This document shows positions 36,701 through 48,800 of a stretch of 64,000 nt of DNA, in pieces. This stretch comes from Takakia lepidozioides (Eukaryota > Plantae > Bryophyta), in the NCBI GenBank assembly GCA_030704615.1, contig CM060734.1, positions 5,146,001-5,210,000 on the forward strand, given 5' to 3'. The stretch's first letter is position 1, and every line of letters begins with the position of its first letter. The translations under genes and the position numbers were made by a program. The notes beneath the pieces are model-generated. The model saw only the letters and a list, made by a program, of their open reading frames with translations. It did not search any database and was not told the DNA's origin.

Positions 36701-39573
36701 ATGGAGTACATGTACACGGTGAGATACATCTTCCTTCATCTGGTCTTCCATATTCCACATGTTTGTTTCTGTTTGTTTCCCTTGACCTTGTGCTGATGCA
36801 ACTCTCTTGCATTCCCTTGCAGCAAGACATTGCAGATGCAGGGGAGCGTGGCAAACTGGAATACTACAGCTCTACCCCTGAGGAGAGAAGGACAGCAAAG
36901 GGGGTTGAGAGTCACATCCAGAAAGAGATGACCGCTACAAGAAGGACTATAATGAGTGCTTTCGTGAAGCAGTTGAGAATTGCCGACCCATCATTCGGAC
37001 CGCAGTTTCTCCTGGAGATAAAAAACCATTATAACAAGCCAGCAAGCCAGAAATGGCCCAGGAGAAGTTGCACAGGTTGTCTACCGCCGTAGTGTCTCCA
37101 GAACAAAAGGTGAAGTGGCTGCAGATATGGAACTCCGATCCCACAGTTAGAGATACCCACATGTTCCCAAGGCCGGAGAAAGAGAAGAAGACCCAGCGTG
37201 TCATTCCTGTCAGTGACAATGTGATGGACACCTGGCTTCACAAGGCCACTTACTGGAGCCAGGTGTGATGTCCTTCCCTGTGTCACTGTCTTTTCTCTTT
37301 TCCTGTCCTTATCTTTCTATTGCCTCTTACATTCGCTGTGATTGCTTTTGGGTTCATTCTTGCATTTGTATTGTTTTGCAGTTGGAAGAAAGGGCCAGAT
37401 CGGTTCTGCATACTCAGCTGGCTGACTATGGCATCAGTATGATAGCACCGAAGGTGTCCTTCGAAGCATACATGAGGAAATGGAGAGCCACAGTGTGGCA
37501 CTCTTGTTTCTTTAGAGAGTTCAGCAAGGAGGGTGGCATCAGTCGAACAAATGAGCTGGACCAGCAAGAAAAAGGAGAGGAAGCCTGGAAACGATGCCTT
37601 TACAGGTGCACACTCTTGCACTACTTATTTGTGTTGTGGTTGCAATGTGTTGTGTGGCATACTGTTGAAGGGGGTCTTCCTGGTGTGATGGAAAAGTTGC
37701 CACACAATATTTCCATTGTAAAATGAGGCTGTCTCTGTTGCTGCAGGTACATAAAGTTTGTTCTCCTGGAAGAGAATTGCCTGGACAAACATCCAGATTT
37801 CGTGGACCTGTGGCTTGTCCCTGCTGGCAACCAGACCATGTTTACTACTGGGATCTTGCATGACTGGGGCCCATACCATCTTTCTTCTTGTGGTTGGTAT
37901 TTGGATTGCCCTCCTTCTGAGACCCCAGCTCCAGAGGTGTCTTTGAGGAGAGAGAATGACCGTATTGCAGCCACTGCCGCAGCAGCCGACCTCGACATTC
38001 ATGAACGAAATTTGAGGACTCTTGCAGAGAAGGAGCCTCTCGCTCAGGATACCCCAGGTAGAGGAAGAAAGGCAAAGGGAAAAGATGTTGCTGGTGTTGT
38101 GGGGAAGGGAAGGGGTAGAGGGAAGGTGGCACAAGGGCAGGGAAGTGTTGCAGATATTGGCCCTGTGGAGCATGTCCAGCAGACTCCACTGCATGGTAGG
38201 GGATCCGGGAGAAAAAACAAGGGGGTGGTTGATCCCAAGGACCCGTACCATGCAGTGGAACATCCCACGAGGGTCATTCGCCCAACCAGGTTGGAGATGG
38301 CCAACGTCGGGTTCCTTGCCATGATGGAGTCAAAGAAATCTGATTACAAGGGCGAGCCATCACCAGTGTGGGACAAGATTGTGGAGTTCCTCAGCACGGT
38401 GCGTCTTCTCTTTGGGTTCTGTGGCTTCTGTTGTCTTTGTCTGCTGTGGGCATGGATCATTTCTAAACTTGTGAGAATTCCATTGTATTTTTGTTTGCAT
38501 GCTAAAATGACCAAATCCTGGGTGAACGGGAAGGAGAAGCCATATGCAGCCGAACTCATCATCTTGGACATCCCTGATGGGTTGGCAGTCCCGGATATCC
38601 CTCCATCGGGTGCTTGTCCGGGTTGGAATGCTTTTGATGAGCGCTACTGGCGGTGGGTTTTCTCCTTTTGCAACTTCTTCCTGTCCGATGCAGGTGTTTT
38701 GGTGCTCATCCAGTCCATCGACGTTCGGTGTCGCCGTGCACTTTCCAGCTATTTGAAAGCCTCGGGCATGAGAGTCGTGAAGACATGGAATTGTGTGAAC
38801 AGCATGTACCTTACGAAGGGGGATCGTCCGGGAGAGATGGTGAGTTTGCCTTCTTCTTCCTCTTCTTGGTTGTTCTCGGATGGGGTTGTATAGGTCGCTC
38901 AAACTCATATGTAGGGGTCCGATTTTTTTTTGCTTCTTAGTTCCTTGTGGATGTCATGTTCGCAGACTCGTCTGTTTGAAGCTGTTTGTCTCGTCCGGGT
39001 GCATCCACAAACGACTCCGGCCGGCATTACCGAGTTTGCCATCACTCATGGGGCCAAGTTCATAGATGACAGGACAGATCCTCCCACGGATGACATGCAT
39101 CACAACTACGTCGACAGCAACGTGTGCTTGCGAAGGGGGAATGGGGTTCCTTGGAGAGGGGCGAGGGAGAGGAGCCCGGCTTTCATTCAAACGATTGTGG
39201 AGTGCTGCACCTACACAGACGCCAGAGTTCTGGATTTGTCAATGGGCACAGGTTCGTCTCTTCAACATTCACATTTCATGAGGTTTGATTGAGCTTGCAC
39301 TTTCAGCACTTCCCACCGTTCCGAATGTGTCTTCAATGTCTGCTTCATTCATTCTATTCCACTGCAGGTGCTTCTTACCACGCTTGCAAGGCCAGTGCGC
39401 GACATCTCTTTGGGATTGAAGGGGATGCTGAGATTTACAAGAACCTCCTGATGGGTTTGGGTGGACACACTTCTCAAGTCCTTCCGAAGCCCCGTCCCGC
39501 TACTACTGATGCAGAGGAGACTTCTGACAAGGAGCTGGACTCCGACTTCAATATCGAGAATCGTTGTTCTTGA
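33788..39573 (+). CDS. Spliced cargo gene: acidic N-terminus, ParB/Srx-like domain, beta-class N4C/N6A DNA methyltransferase-like domain (lightly pseudogenised)
   Basis: Phase-consistent GT-AG exons 33788-34099, 35835-36430, 36526-36718, 36823-37262, 37382-37605, 37747-38839 (probable extra intron from 38399), 38966-39251 and 39368-39573. Motifs VWDGNHRL, LIILDIPD and ERSPAFI...VLDLSMGTGASYHAC...RHLFGIEGD. Stop at 36195-36197 and frameshift near 37055. Confidence 0.8.
34195..35768. repeat. Array of 40-bp palindromes CAGCTCAAACAGTGTGCG-N4-CGCACACTGTTTGAGCTG at 115-116-bp period
   Basis: Copies start at about 34195, 34412, 34527, 34642, 34758, 34874, 34989, 35105, 35220, 35336, 35452, 35613 and 35728, plus a collapsed copy at 34311. 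Confidence 0.97.
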
Positions 39574-40400
39574 GGCAAAGTGCACATGGGAGACATCCTC
39601 TTTGTTGGACTTGTGCATTGCATCATTGTGTTAAAAATGGGGTTTTGTGGACATGTGCAGGAGTTCGCGTGCTTCCACTTGCCCTCCAGGGCTATCACAC
39701 CTATTTGGACTTGTTTGCAGTCCTCCTCGGTCTTGCGTGCTACCTGTCTATGCGGAGGCACTCGCAGCAAGCATGTCCGTTCATGGCACTCGGAGTCCAC
39801 CTTACGACGGCCTTCATAGAACACGTGGTGTTGGGGCCAGAATCTTTGTAGATGACATAGCACAGGAGGTGGACACTGATTGTGATGACTGCGACACTTG
39901 ATATGAAGTTTTCTTTTGGTTTAATTCTGGGCCAAATTTGAAATGGGATGGTTGTGTGTCCTTGTTGTCCTGTTTGCAATGTGTGCGTGGAATTCACATT
40001 CATGGTTACAAACTATTGTTGGAGATGGGGGTTGCATGGACCGCTTGGATTGTTCCTTCAATCTATTTGGTGTTTTGTGGACCTCACAGACTTGAGTACA
40101 TTGCGAAAACAAACAAACCACTTTGGTTCGTGTAGAGCATTCTCGCATCATTTGCTAGTTGGTCCCCAAACTATTCCTGCTAGAAGAATGGTTGGTGAAT
40201 CCATCACGGTGAAGTCCACCTCATCAAAAACTGTTCAGGCATTCTCAATTCTACCCACATCAACCCGCGGAAATAGGTGACACCAATCGGAAATAGGTGA
40301 CATCCGCGGAAATAGGCACTGTTTGCATGCTGACGTGGCGTGAGCCTGTGCTGGGCTCACGCTTTCCTGGGCTCATGGAATAGCACCCCCCGCCTCCAGC

Positions 40401-43000
40401 CACTCCCTTATGAACTTCTTCCAAAACTTTATTTATCTCATGGTGGTACAAGCATCGTTTAAGAACTCCATCAGGTCCTAGCTTATACAATCTTCCACCT
40501 ATCATAGTGTATGGTAATGCCTTGATAGCTATTCTTTTCCTCTACTCCTTCCCATAACTGGGTGGGCACTGATCATGAGTAAGGTAGTATCTGATTGGCC
40601 ACTGCCAATCTAACCAATCATCTGCTCCCTGCACCTCCACTACAAATAAACTGGCATCAGGCAGTTGATTGTCTATTCCTGTGGCGGGCTCTCGTGTTGA
40701 AAGGCGTGACAAGTGATATTCCACAAGATGCAAACGTCCAGGCTTGTAAACAACTTCGAATTCAAACTCGTACAAGATAATCAACCATCTTGCTATCCTA
40801 CCACTTATCAAATGCTTGTTCACCAGATAAATCAAAGTCTGATAATCCACATAAAACTTAAACTTCCTTCCTAGTAGATAATGCCTGAATTTTTCTTGAC
40901 CGCATAAATCATTGCCAAAGCTTCTCTTTCAGTAGTGCTATAGTTCCTCTCAGCACTGTTCAACAATCTGCTAGCATAGTACACAGGTGAATCTATGTTT
41001 CCTGTGACATTTTGGGCTAACACAACCCCCAATGCTTCTCATGCCTCAAAAGCCTGTTGACATTCAGCTGTCCATGCAAACACTGCATCCTTCTTCAAGA
41101 GTTTGCTCAATGGTGCTGCCTTCTGTGCATATCGTCTGACACCTTCTGTAATAGCTGGTTTGTCCAAGGAATCTCCTTAGAGTCTTAACATTTATTGGTG
41201 GTGGGGATGCTTTAATGGCCTCAGTCTTTCTAGGATCCACAAGCAGTCCCTTCTTACACACAATGTGTCCCAGAAGTACCCCTGAGTTCACACAGAAAGT
41301 ACACTTTTCTGGATTCAGACCAAGAGCTCTCATCCTGCATCTGGACAAACACAATTCCAACTTTTGCAAGTGCTCATTCTTAGAGCTGTACATGCTGAAG
41401 ACATCTAAGAACACTTGCATGAAATCATCCAAATACTCATGGAAAGATTCACTTATCACTCTCTAGAAAGTTGTTGGTGCATTACAAAGTCCAAAAGGCA
41501 TGACTTTGTATGCATAAGCACCCCAATCAGTAATGAAAGCCGTCTTTCCCTGATCCTCTTCAGCTACTTGTACTTGGTTATACCCACTGAAACCATCCAT
41601 GAATGAGTATATCTCATGGCCTGCCACAGTGTCCAGTACAGTTTCTGTGAATGACAAAGGAAAATGATCTTTCTTTGTACAATCATTCAACTTCTTATAG
41701 TTCACACAAACTCTCAAATTGTCATTCTTCTTGGGAACTATCACAATGGGTGATAGCCAAGTCGTATACTGTATCAGGTATATGAACTTAGCCTCAGCCA
41801 ACTTCTAAATCTCCTCCCCAACCTTCTGTGCATAGTTGGGATTCATCCTGTTCCTTGCCTGTTTGATTGGTACTGACCCTGGTTCCAACTCAATCTTATG
41901 CTGGCATATTTCAGGGGGTATCCCCTTCAGGTCTTCATAACTCCATGCAAATACATCTTTGTATTTGATAAATAGGCTCTTAGCTTCTTCAAAGAATTCC
42001 GGCTCCAAGTCAGCCCCATCTTTCACCATTCTTGGTTCCTTCTCAGTTCCCACATTGACTTCTCTCACTGCTCTTCAACTGTGATAGTAAATCCAGCCAC
42101 TACTTCATCCTGTAAACTCACAGTGGCTGATTCCTCTAGGATTTCTATTTTTCCCTCTCTCTCTTCATAGAAATGTGGTGGGTAACTGTTTGTTTCCCCC
42201 TCAATTGGTGTTGCTGATACTGCACCACAACATATACCCTTGAAACAACTTAGTCCTCCGAGTTGCATTTCTGCAACCTGCTCCCACTCTGGGTGTGCAG
42301 CAAACAGAGTAGCCTCCTGCTCTTCATCAATTCCTTCCCTCCAGTCATACTCTCTGACTCCTCGAGGTCTTCTGGTAGCAGGTAGCCTACTAGATTTCTT
42401 AGTGGTGACCTGTATCTTGTGCTTCCCATCATGCACAGTCAGTAACTGGGAATTCCAGTCATAGAATACCCTGGCCTGTTTCAGCCATAGTCGACCCAAC
42501 AATAAGAAGTAAGCTTCTATGACATCATCCATTTTCAACACAGTCATTGTGATCTTAAAGATCATCTTCTGAATCTGTATCTTTACTCCTCTTATCAAGC
42601 CCAATGGCTGTACACTCCTTTGATCTGCCATTGTTACTGTGAATGGGGCTGGTTTCATGTTACTCAGTCCAAGCTTCTGCCTTAATTGGTCTGTCATGAT
42701 ATATTCATTCCCGAGCCTCCATCTACCAGTACATCAGTCAGGTCTGTGCTTCCAATTCTCAATTGGATTATTGGCATGGAATCATCAAAGTCCATGACAG
42801 TTTCTGGCCCTTCAGGTTTCACATTATAACTTGTCACCTTGCTGTTCAGGTCTGTATTCTCTATCACATGAGCAATCTGATTGATTGCTTGATACAAACT
42901 GTGTCTACAATGGGGTGCCACAACCAATAGCTGCCCAATTGTAATCTCAGCTTTGGACTGGCATATTACTTCAGCCAAAGCCCCTTCATTATCCTGCACC
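40401..43000 (-). pseudogene. Gypsy pol (PR-RT-RNase H-INT zinc region), decayed
   Basis: LVDGGSG, LRVCVNYKKLN, VMPFGLCNAP, FLDVF (mutated DD) and RIARW motifs. Confidence 0.9.
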
Positions 43001-43008
43001 CGTGAAGC

Positions 43009-45246
43009 CTATTGCTTCACTTCATCTTCACCTTCTTCATCTTCTCTTTCAGAGTCAGAAGAATCTGCCATAGGGATATCAGTATCCTTCTGCATTTCCC
43101 TTATGGTATCAGCCACTTCTTTGTGCAGTTCCTTCTCATCTCTCCATGCATCATCATCTTCAGGCACATCACTGCCATCTTCATTAACATCTTCTTCCTC
43201 ATCCACTGGAGGTAATAGTTTAGCTTTGCTTCTGGTAACTATCATTGTACTTACTTCTGGTACAAAACATGGCATAACCATGTGAGCTGCCACTGCTGGG
43301 CCCTCATTCACAGGAGCTCTCATCTCATTCTGGTGTCTAATCCAGAATGGATAGGCTGCTTTGCGATGTCCTGCCTGGTTACAATAGTAACACAGTTCTT
43401 CACCATTGGGTCCTCGCCCTTGGTCTATTCTAGGATTATTTCTATAATCCTGATTCTCTGGCTGGTAATTCTCCCTTGGATTACCCTGATAGTTGCCTCT
43501 GGGATTGCCTTGGTAATTCCCTCTTGGATTACCTCTTCCTGCCATACCATTATTATACCCACCAGGCCTACCATAGTGGTCCTGGTCATTGTTTCTCCTT
43601 GGCTGGGGTAGTACTTGATGCACCCTCACCTGCCTAGGTTCTCTTGTAGCTGTCCTTCTATTGTAATAACAATTCTCAGTATGGTTATCCATTTTAGTAC
43701 AGTGTTTCTCCTTCATGTGGCATTCAGCTGTGGTATGGCCTTCATTTTGGCACTTTGCACACCAACACCCTTCCTCCAATGTGTTGCAGCCTTTGTGGCA
43801 TACTTTTTCAAGATTTCTTCCAGTCTTTTCTCATAGTTGTCCCTCTTCAACTTTTCCTTCTTCTTGCTCTTCTTCCCCATCTGACTCATCTTCAGAGTCA
43901 TCATCATCCCTTTTATCTCTCCTGAGCATTCCCAATTGCTCAATTCTGTTGGCTGTTTCGAATGCCTCCTCCACTGTATTATGAGGTAGCATATCCATTT
44001 TCTTTGGTAATTCAGGTCTTAGTCCACTCACAAACCAAGTCTTCTGTAATCCTGGTGCTGGTACAGCAGCTAGCTTTTTCATCATTAACTCCTCTTCAAC
44101 AGTTTCATGTTTCTTTTGCCTCAACTGTTGTAAACTCCCATACACTTCATCCTCAATTTTGCTTGTCCTAAACCTGTTTCAGAATGCTGTACTAAGGCCA
44201 TTCCAGGTTAGGAAATGATTATTAGGAGACCTTGCATACCATTCACTGGCTTTCTTGATAAGTGAACAAGGAAACAGTCTCATTTTGGCATCATCGCCAT
44301 TCTCATTGTTCACAATACACATATGCTCAAATTGGCTGATGTGTACATCAGGATCCCCTTTTCCTGTATATATTGGAAAATGTGGCTTTGCCTGTGTTGG
44401 AGGTACCGCCATCTGTGGCCCTACACCCTGCCCTTTGACAGGTGCTGGTCCTCCTGTAGGTGTTGGTCCTTGAGGACGTGTTGTGGTAGTGGTGGAACTC
44501 CCACCAGGTGTTGGCCCCTGAGCACTCCCTGCTACTGGCCCCCATGTACTTGCAGTACCCTCAGCTCCAGTTGCACTACTTCCCACACTCCCTGTCCCCC
44601 CAGAGCCAGATCCAAGCTGCCCGCCTGATCCCCTTGAGCCGACATCTGTGTTGGCCTGTGATCCAAGTGCTCCACTTGATCCAGGTCCAACAGGTTGGGA
44701 TGTCCTGGTTGTAGTCTCAACCTCAACTGTTGGGTCTACTTCTTCATACTCTTCATCTTCCAAATTCTTCTCTCTGTTTTCATCTTCCAAGTTCTTCTCT
44801 TGGATTTCTTCTTCCTCACTCATATAACTCAACTGCAGTGGTGTTGGAGAGTCTGAACTCTCCGTTGGCTCTGTCACATCTTCCTCTCCTTCTTTGTCTT
44901 GTGCTTTAGAAACTGGAGTTCCTGCTCTTGGTGTTCCATGCCAACTCTGATCAAAGATTTCTATCAAATCTTTAACCCATGGATGTACCTCAGATCTTTC
45001 CCCTCGTGGCTGATCTTCTTCCTGTACCAAATCCCTTAATCTTTCTTGTAAAGAATAAGAAGGAGTGGCATCCAACTCTAGTTCTTCCGGTATGGGTGAT
45101 GTACTCTCTGGCCTTAATGGTGTGAGAGGTCCAGATGATTCCCCTATGTCTATTCCTCTCTCCCAGAGATATAGATAATTAGCTTTCAAATAACTTTCTC
45201 TTTTCGCTGAATATCTGTGGAGTCTAGCTTCCCTTTCATCACTCAT
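43009..45246 (-). pseudogene. Gypsy gag with zinc knuckles
   Basis: YTGKGDPDVHISQFE...LFPCSL..ASEWY capsid-like region, CAKCQNEGHTTAEC and CYYCNQAGH. Contains RGNYQGNP repeats. Confidence 0.85.
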
Positions 45247-47738
45247 GTCCCATGTCTTTCATATCTTTAATGAGGCAATAACCAAAACTCTCTTCTGTAG
45301 TATCTCTCGTATATGCCTGGATTTCTTTCAAGCTTTAATGCACCCTTGGCTATACTCGAAGGCTAATTCTTTCCCTTCATGGACAGTGATACACTTCACG
45401 GTGCGATGGCTATTGGTGTAGTTGTAGAGAAGTTTTGCCAAGTAGGCTTTTTGGTAAGCATGAGAGCATCCTCTACCTTCTTTCGCGCCTCCAAGATTTC
45501 AGTTTCCTCTATCATTCTAGCCTCTTCTATGGCACATGAGTTGTAGTTGCCCAGGTGTGAAATGTTCACGCAATGATATTGAATCTGGGTCAATTTTGTT
45601 CTGTGTATTCAACCCTCACACCTGTGCATCGCCAAATTGTCACAAATTCCTGCTAGATTCTTGGAGGGTTCGAAAAGTCCTATAACTGAGCCCCCACCAA
45701 ATTTGTGGAGAAGAGTATGCGCTTGCAAACATCCACCTTCTTCCACATGATTGAGAGCTTCCTCAAAGGCATCCGTTTGCATAGGTTAGAGAGTTCTACC
45801 TCAGAGCTGACTACCCCCCTACAAAGCTGTCGTCTATTGCACAACGTTCGACAAAGAGTGGCACTTGAGGCCTCATTTGTGTACTCCTCGAAAGCCTTCC
45901 AAAACAACTCTGACCTTGCCTCCTCAAGAGGGTGGTGCACTTGGCGGTCGCCCCCTACCACACGACGCTTTTCCCAGGCCAAAAAGTATCGTTGATGGCA
46001 CTCGATCCATAGCTCTTGAAGTCTCTCAAGGTCTCCTGTTAGATACAAATAGAAATGCTTGAGAAATATTATGAAATACTGCGAAATGTGAGTGAGACCT
46101 GGAGAAATAATGTGAAATATTGTGAAATGTTGTGAAATACCATGAAATGCATATGGACCACGTAGGAGTGGACTCTTACACGAGAGAGATGATTACAAGA
46201 TATCTTGAACTGCTGAATAGTCTAGAGCAGAAGATGAGTGAATAAACCTTCAAGGTGAGCATTGACCTCCCCTAGTGCATTGGTTGATGATGAAGATGCT
46301 TGAGAGGTATGTCGACGTGATTGAGTTGGCCACAAGAAAGAAGATGTGCCTACTGGTCTGCTGAATGATGGTTCCATGTCTACCATCGCTGTACTTGGAG
46401 CTGGAAAAGTACTTGTCGTACTTGTTGTTGTATATCCTTGATGGCAATCTGGGATTTGGATTAGCATTGTTAGCTTGCTCATCTCTCCGTTGACGAGGTT
46501 GGCCTCGGAGAAGTTCCTCAAAGTCACTATCTGAAGAACTGGTTGTGGCTTCAGGTATAGGAGATTGAGCTGGTCTTGCTACTTGGAGACCGGATGAACC
46601 GCGTGGAGTTGCAACTGTAGTACTTGCACGAGGGAGCCGGGTAGAGGGCTGCCCCTGTTCCAATGCATCCTCTAAAACAAGTGCAGATCGAGGATCTCTG
46701 ATAGGGCGTCGAAGGCTGTCTATCAGGTCAGCTGGCTGATAAACTGCCGACCATGTATAGGGTGCTATTTTGAAGCCTAACGAGGATTACTTGACAGGGA
46801 TACTCGTGATACTTGTGATACTTCACTGTTAGGTTTTTTCTGGCATTCTTTACAGGCCTAATTTGGATTCACGAAGAGATCTGGAATTGAAGTGGATTCT
46901 CACACCTTGTCTTGAGAAACTGTGAAATAGCCACAAGTTATAGGGATATTCCCCTGGAAAGATAATGATAAGAAAAGGGATATGATATGCTCACTTACCT
47001 TGAAAATGGCACACCAACAGATTACCTGTATGTCACATGATTCAGGGATTGACTATGCAAAACAATTACTCCTGTATTTCTGCTTATACCAAAATGCTGT
47101 GATCACTCTACATAAGGCACTTAATTACAACATGGTTTCTGAAAGAGAACAAGACATACACAAGATATGTGGTTGAAACCATAAAATGAGCTTTTGATTT
47201 TTGACAGCGGCTAAGGAAACACCAGAGATACACAAATATGATGTTTTACAGCATTGTGACAAGGTCACTAAGACTATATACTACAATTTCCAAAATCTTT
47301 CTTTACCTCTGGTTTGAGGATGACTAATTGATTTACAAGTAAACTGACAAAGTGCTTGTGAATCTCAGAACAACAAAGAAAAGCCAGTATGGATCACTAA
47401 GCTCAAGGATAAAGGGTACTGTCTACCCTTACCAACTCCAATTCCTGCAGTCCACACCCTTGTTCAGACCTTTCACAACAGGACCTGCTTGGAGACACCC
47501 CAATGTAAGAAACTGTCCAGGTCTACACCTGTCAAATTGTTGATCTATAAGACAGACTTATTCAGCACAAGTCTGGAAAACCCCAGTGTTGTAAATCTAA
47601 ATATCCATGCAGCACCATTGGCAGACAGTCACCTAGAAAAAATACTAGGGGCTGATTCCCAGATACTCAAGAACAAGTGTGACTGACATGTGATGCAAAG
47701 AAGTTCGTGAAAATGCATAACAACAAACTGGCACTGAC

Positions 47739-47846
47739 TTGGGGAAAAGACTTTTTGAATAGCATGCGAAAATAGTAGGATTCCTTGGTGCCTGGAGTGT
47801 TGTGTGGATAGACATGAATTGCATTGGCCATCATCTGATCTGTCAC
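47739..47846 (-). pseudogene. Isolated asparagine synthetase-like exon
   Basis: 108-bp AG/GT-bounded exon encoding VTDQMMANAIHVYPHNTPGTKESYYFRMLFKKSFPQ, resembling the C-terminal region of plant ASN. Neighbouring exons were not found. Confidence 0.75.
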
Positions 47847-48559
47847 CTGCAGAGAAGAAAATGCAATCCCTGTCAGCAAAAGAGATTGCTTAAGGGACCT
47901 GAAAATAGCAACAGGAAAAGGCAATACTTTGAAACTTAACATACTTTGCATCTTTTCCTGAAAGGGGGCCCCTTAAATTGTGTACCCTAGTCACAGGACA
48001 TGCTGCTCCTCCTCACTCAGCGAAACACTTTGATTAAAGGGGATTGAGCGTTGATTTAGTTCAAGCTGTCGTTGGGCAACGTCTCAAAAAGACCATGCAC
48101 AAAATATCCAGGGAGTTAAGATGACCCAGCAAAACAGATTCTGCCCCACAGCAAGCAATTAGCTAACATTGCAGACCTCAACTCACCAGCACCCCTTTCA
48201 GCCATACGTCTCTAACTCCCGTTAACATGAATTATTTGAATTTCAACAAGAGAGACAAGTAAACCTTCGATGTGGGCCAATGAGGACAAGTCCCTGCTGC
48301 ATACTATTTGTCCTGAAGCTTGACTTTTCATAGAAAAACCCATTCGGGTAGAAAATTCAGCCTGCATTGATACAGATCCAAAATGAGAGCATACAAGAGA
48401 AACAGAAATATGTGTACTTATTCAGATGTCAGGAACTGAAAATTTTGGTTTGTTTCCTCCAAACTGTCACGGTACAAAAGGTCGACGCCCTCCATGAGAC
48501 GGGCTTCCACTGCTCGGCATTCTCAAGCGGCCATAGCCATCCGCGCCAGACGATGTAGC

Positions 48560-48800
48560 AGGTCACTCCATCTCTCCGGGATCTCCTCCTCCAAGCCCAT
48601 GGCAGGGTATGTTAGTGACACTGCAGCTCTTCAGCTAGCAATGGACAAGGAACACCCTCTAGTTCAAATTGAGCAGGAAGAGGTGGACTCGAATGTTGCA
48701 CACATTGAAAGCAAGGGGGTCCTCCTGCATTTTCCAGGGAAGAAGGTAGATAGGAATTATGCGAGGGACTGGGCCATCAGGCATCTAGGAGGCACTGGTG
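48560..48800 (+). pseudogene. LINE ORF1 fragment
   Basis: HPLVQI...GVLLHFPGKKV...RDWAIRHLGG matches the ORF1 remnant at about 61980-62120. Confidence 0.6.

Larger units (their letters stand above)
28859..40391. mobile_element. Mutator-like (MULE) DNA transposon, 11.5 kb, with degenerate TIRs and a cargo gene
   Basis: Perfect 9-bp TSD GCCTCCAGC at 28850-28858 and 40392-40400. Removing the element restores the integrase frame GVAGGHFG. Both ends begin with G and share GCTA....TGAGCCCAG...CGTGAGCC. Subterminal CGTGAGC and CCGCGGAAATAGG-type motifs. Confidence 0.93.
22730..46700 (-). mobile_element. Non-chromovirus-like Ty3/Gypsy element with an extra 3' ORF, interrupted by the MULE; 5' LTR not found
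   Basis: gag 45246-43009, PR/RT/RH 43000-40540, INT split across 40505-40401 and 28858-27949, extra ORF about 26900-23813, PPT about 23643-23658, LTR 22730-23642. The 5' boundary is approximate. Confidence 0.85.
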
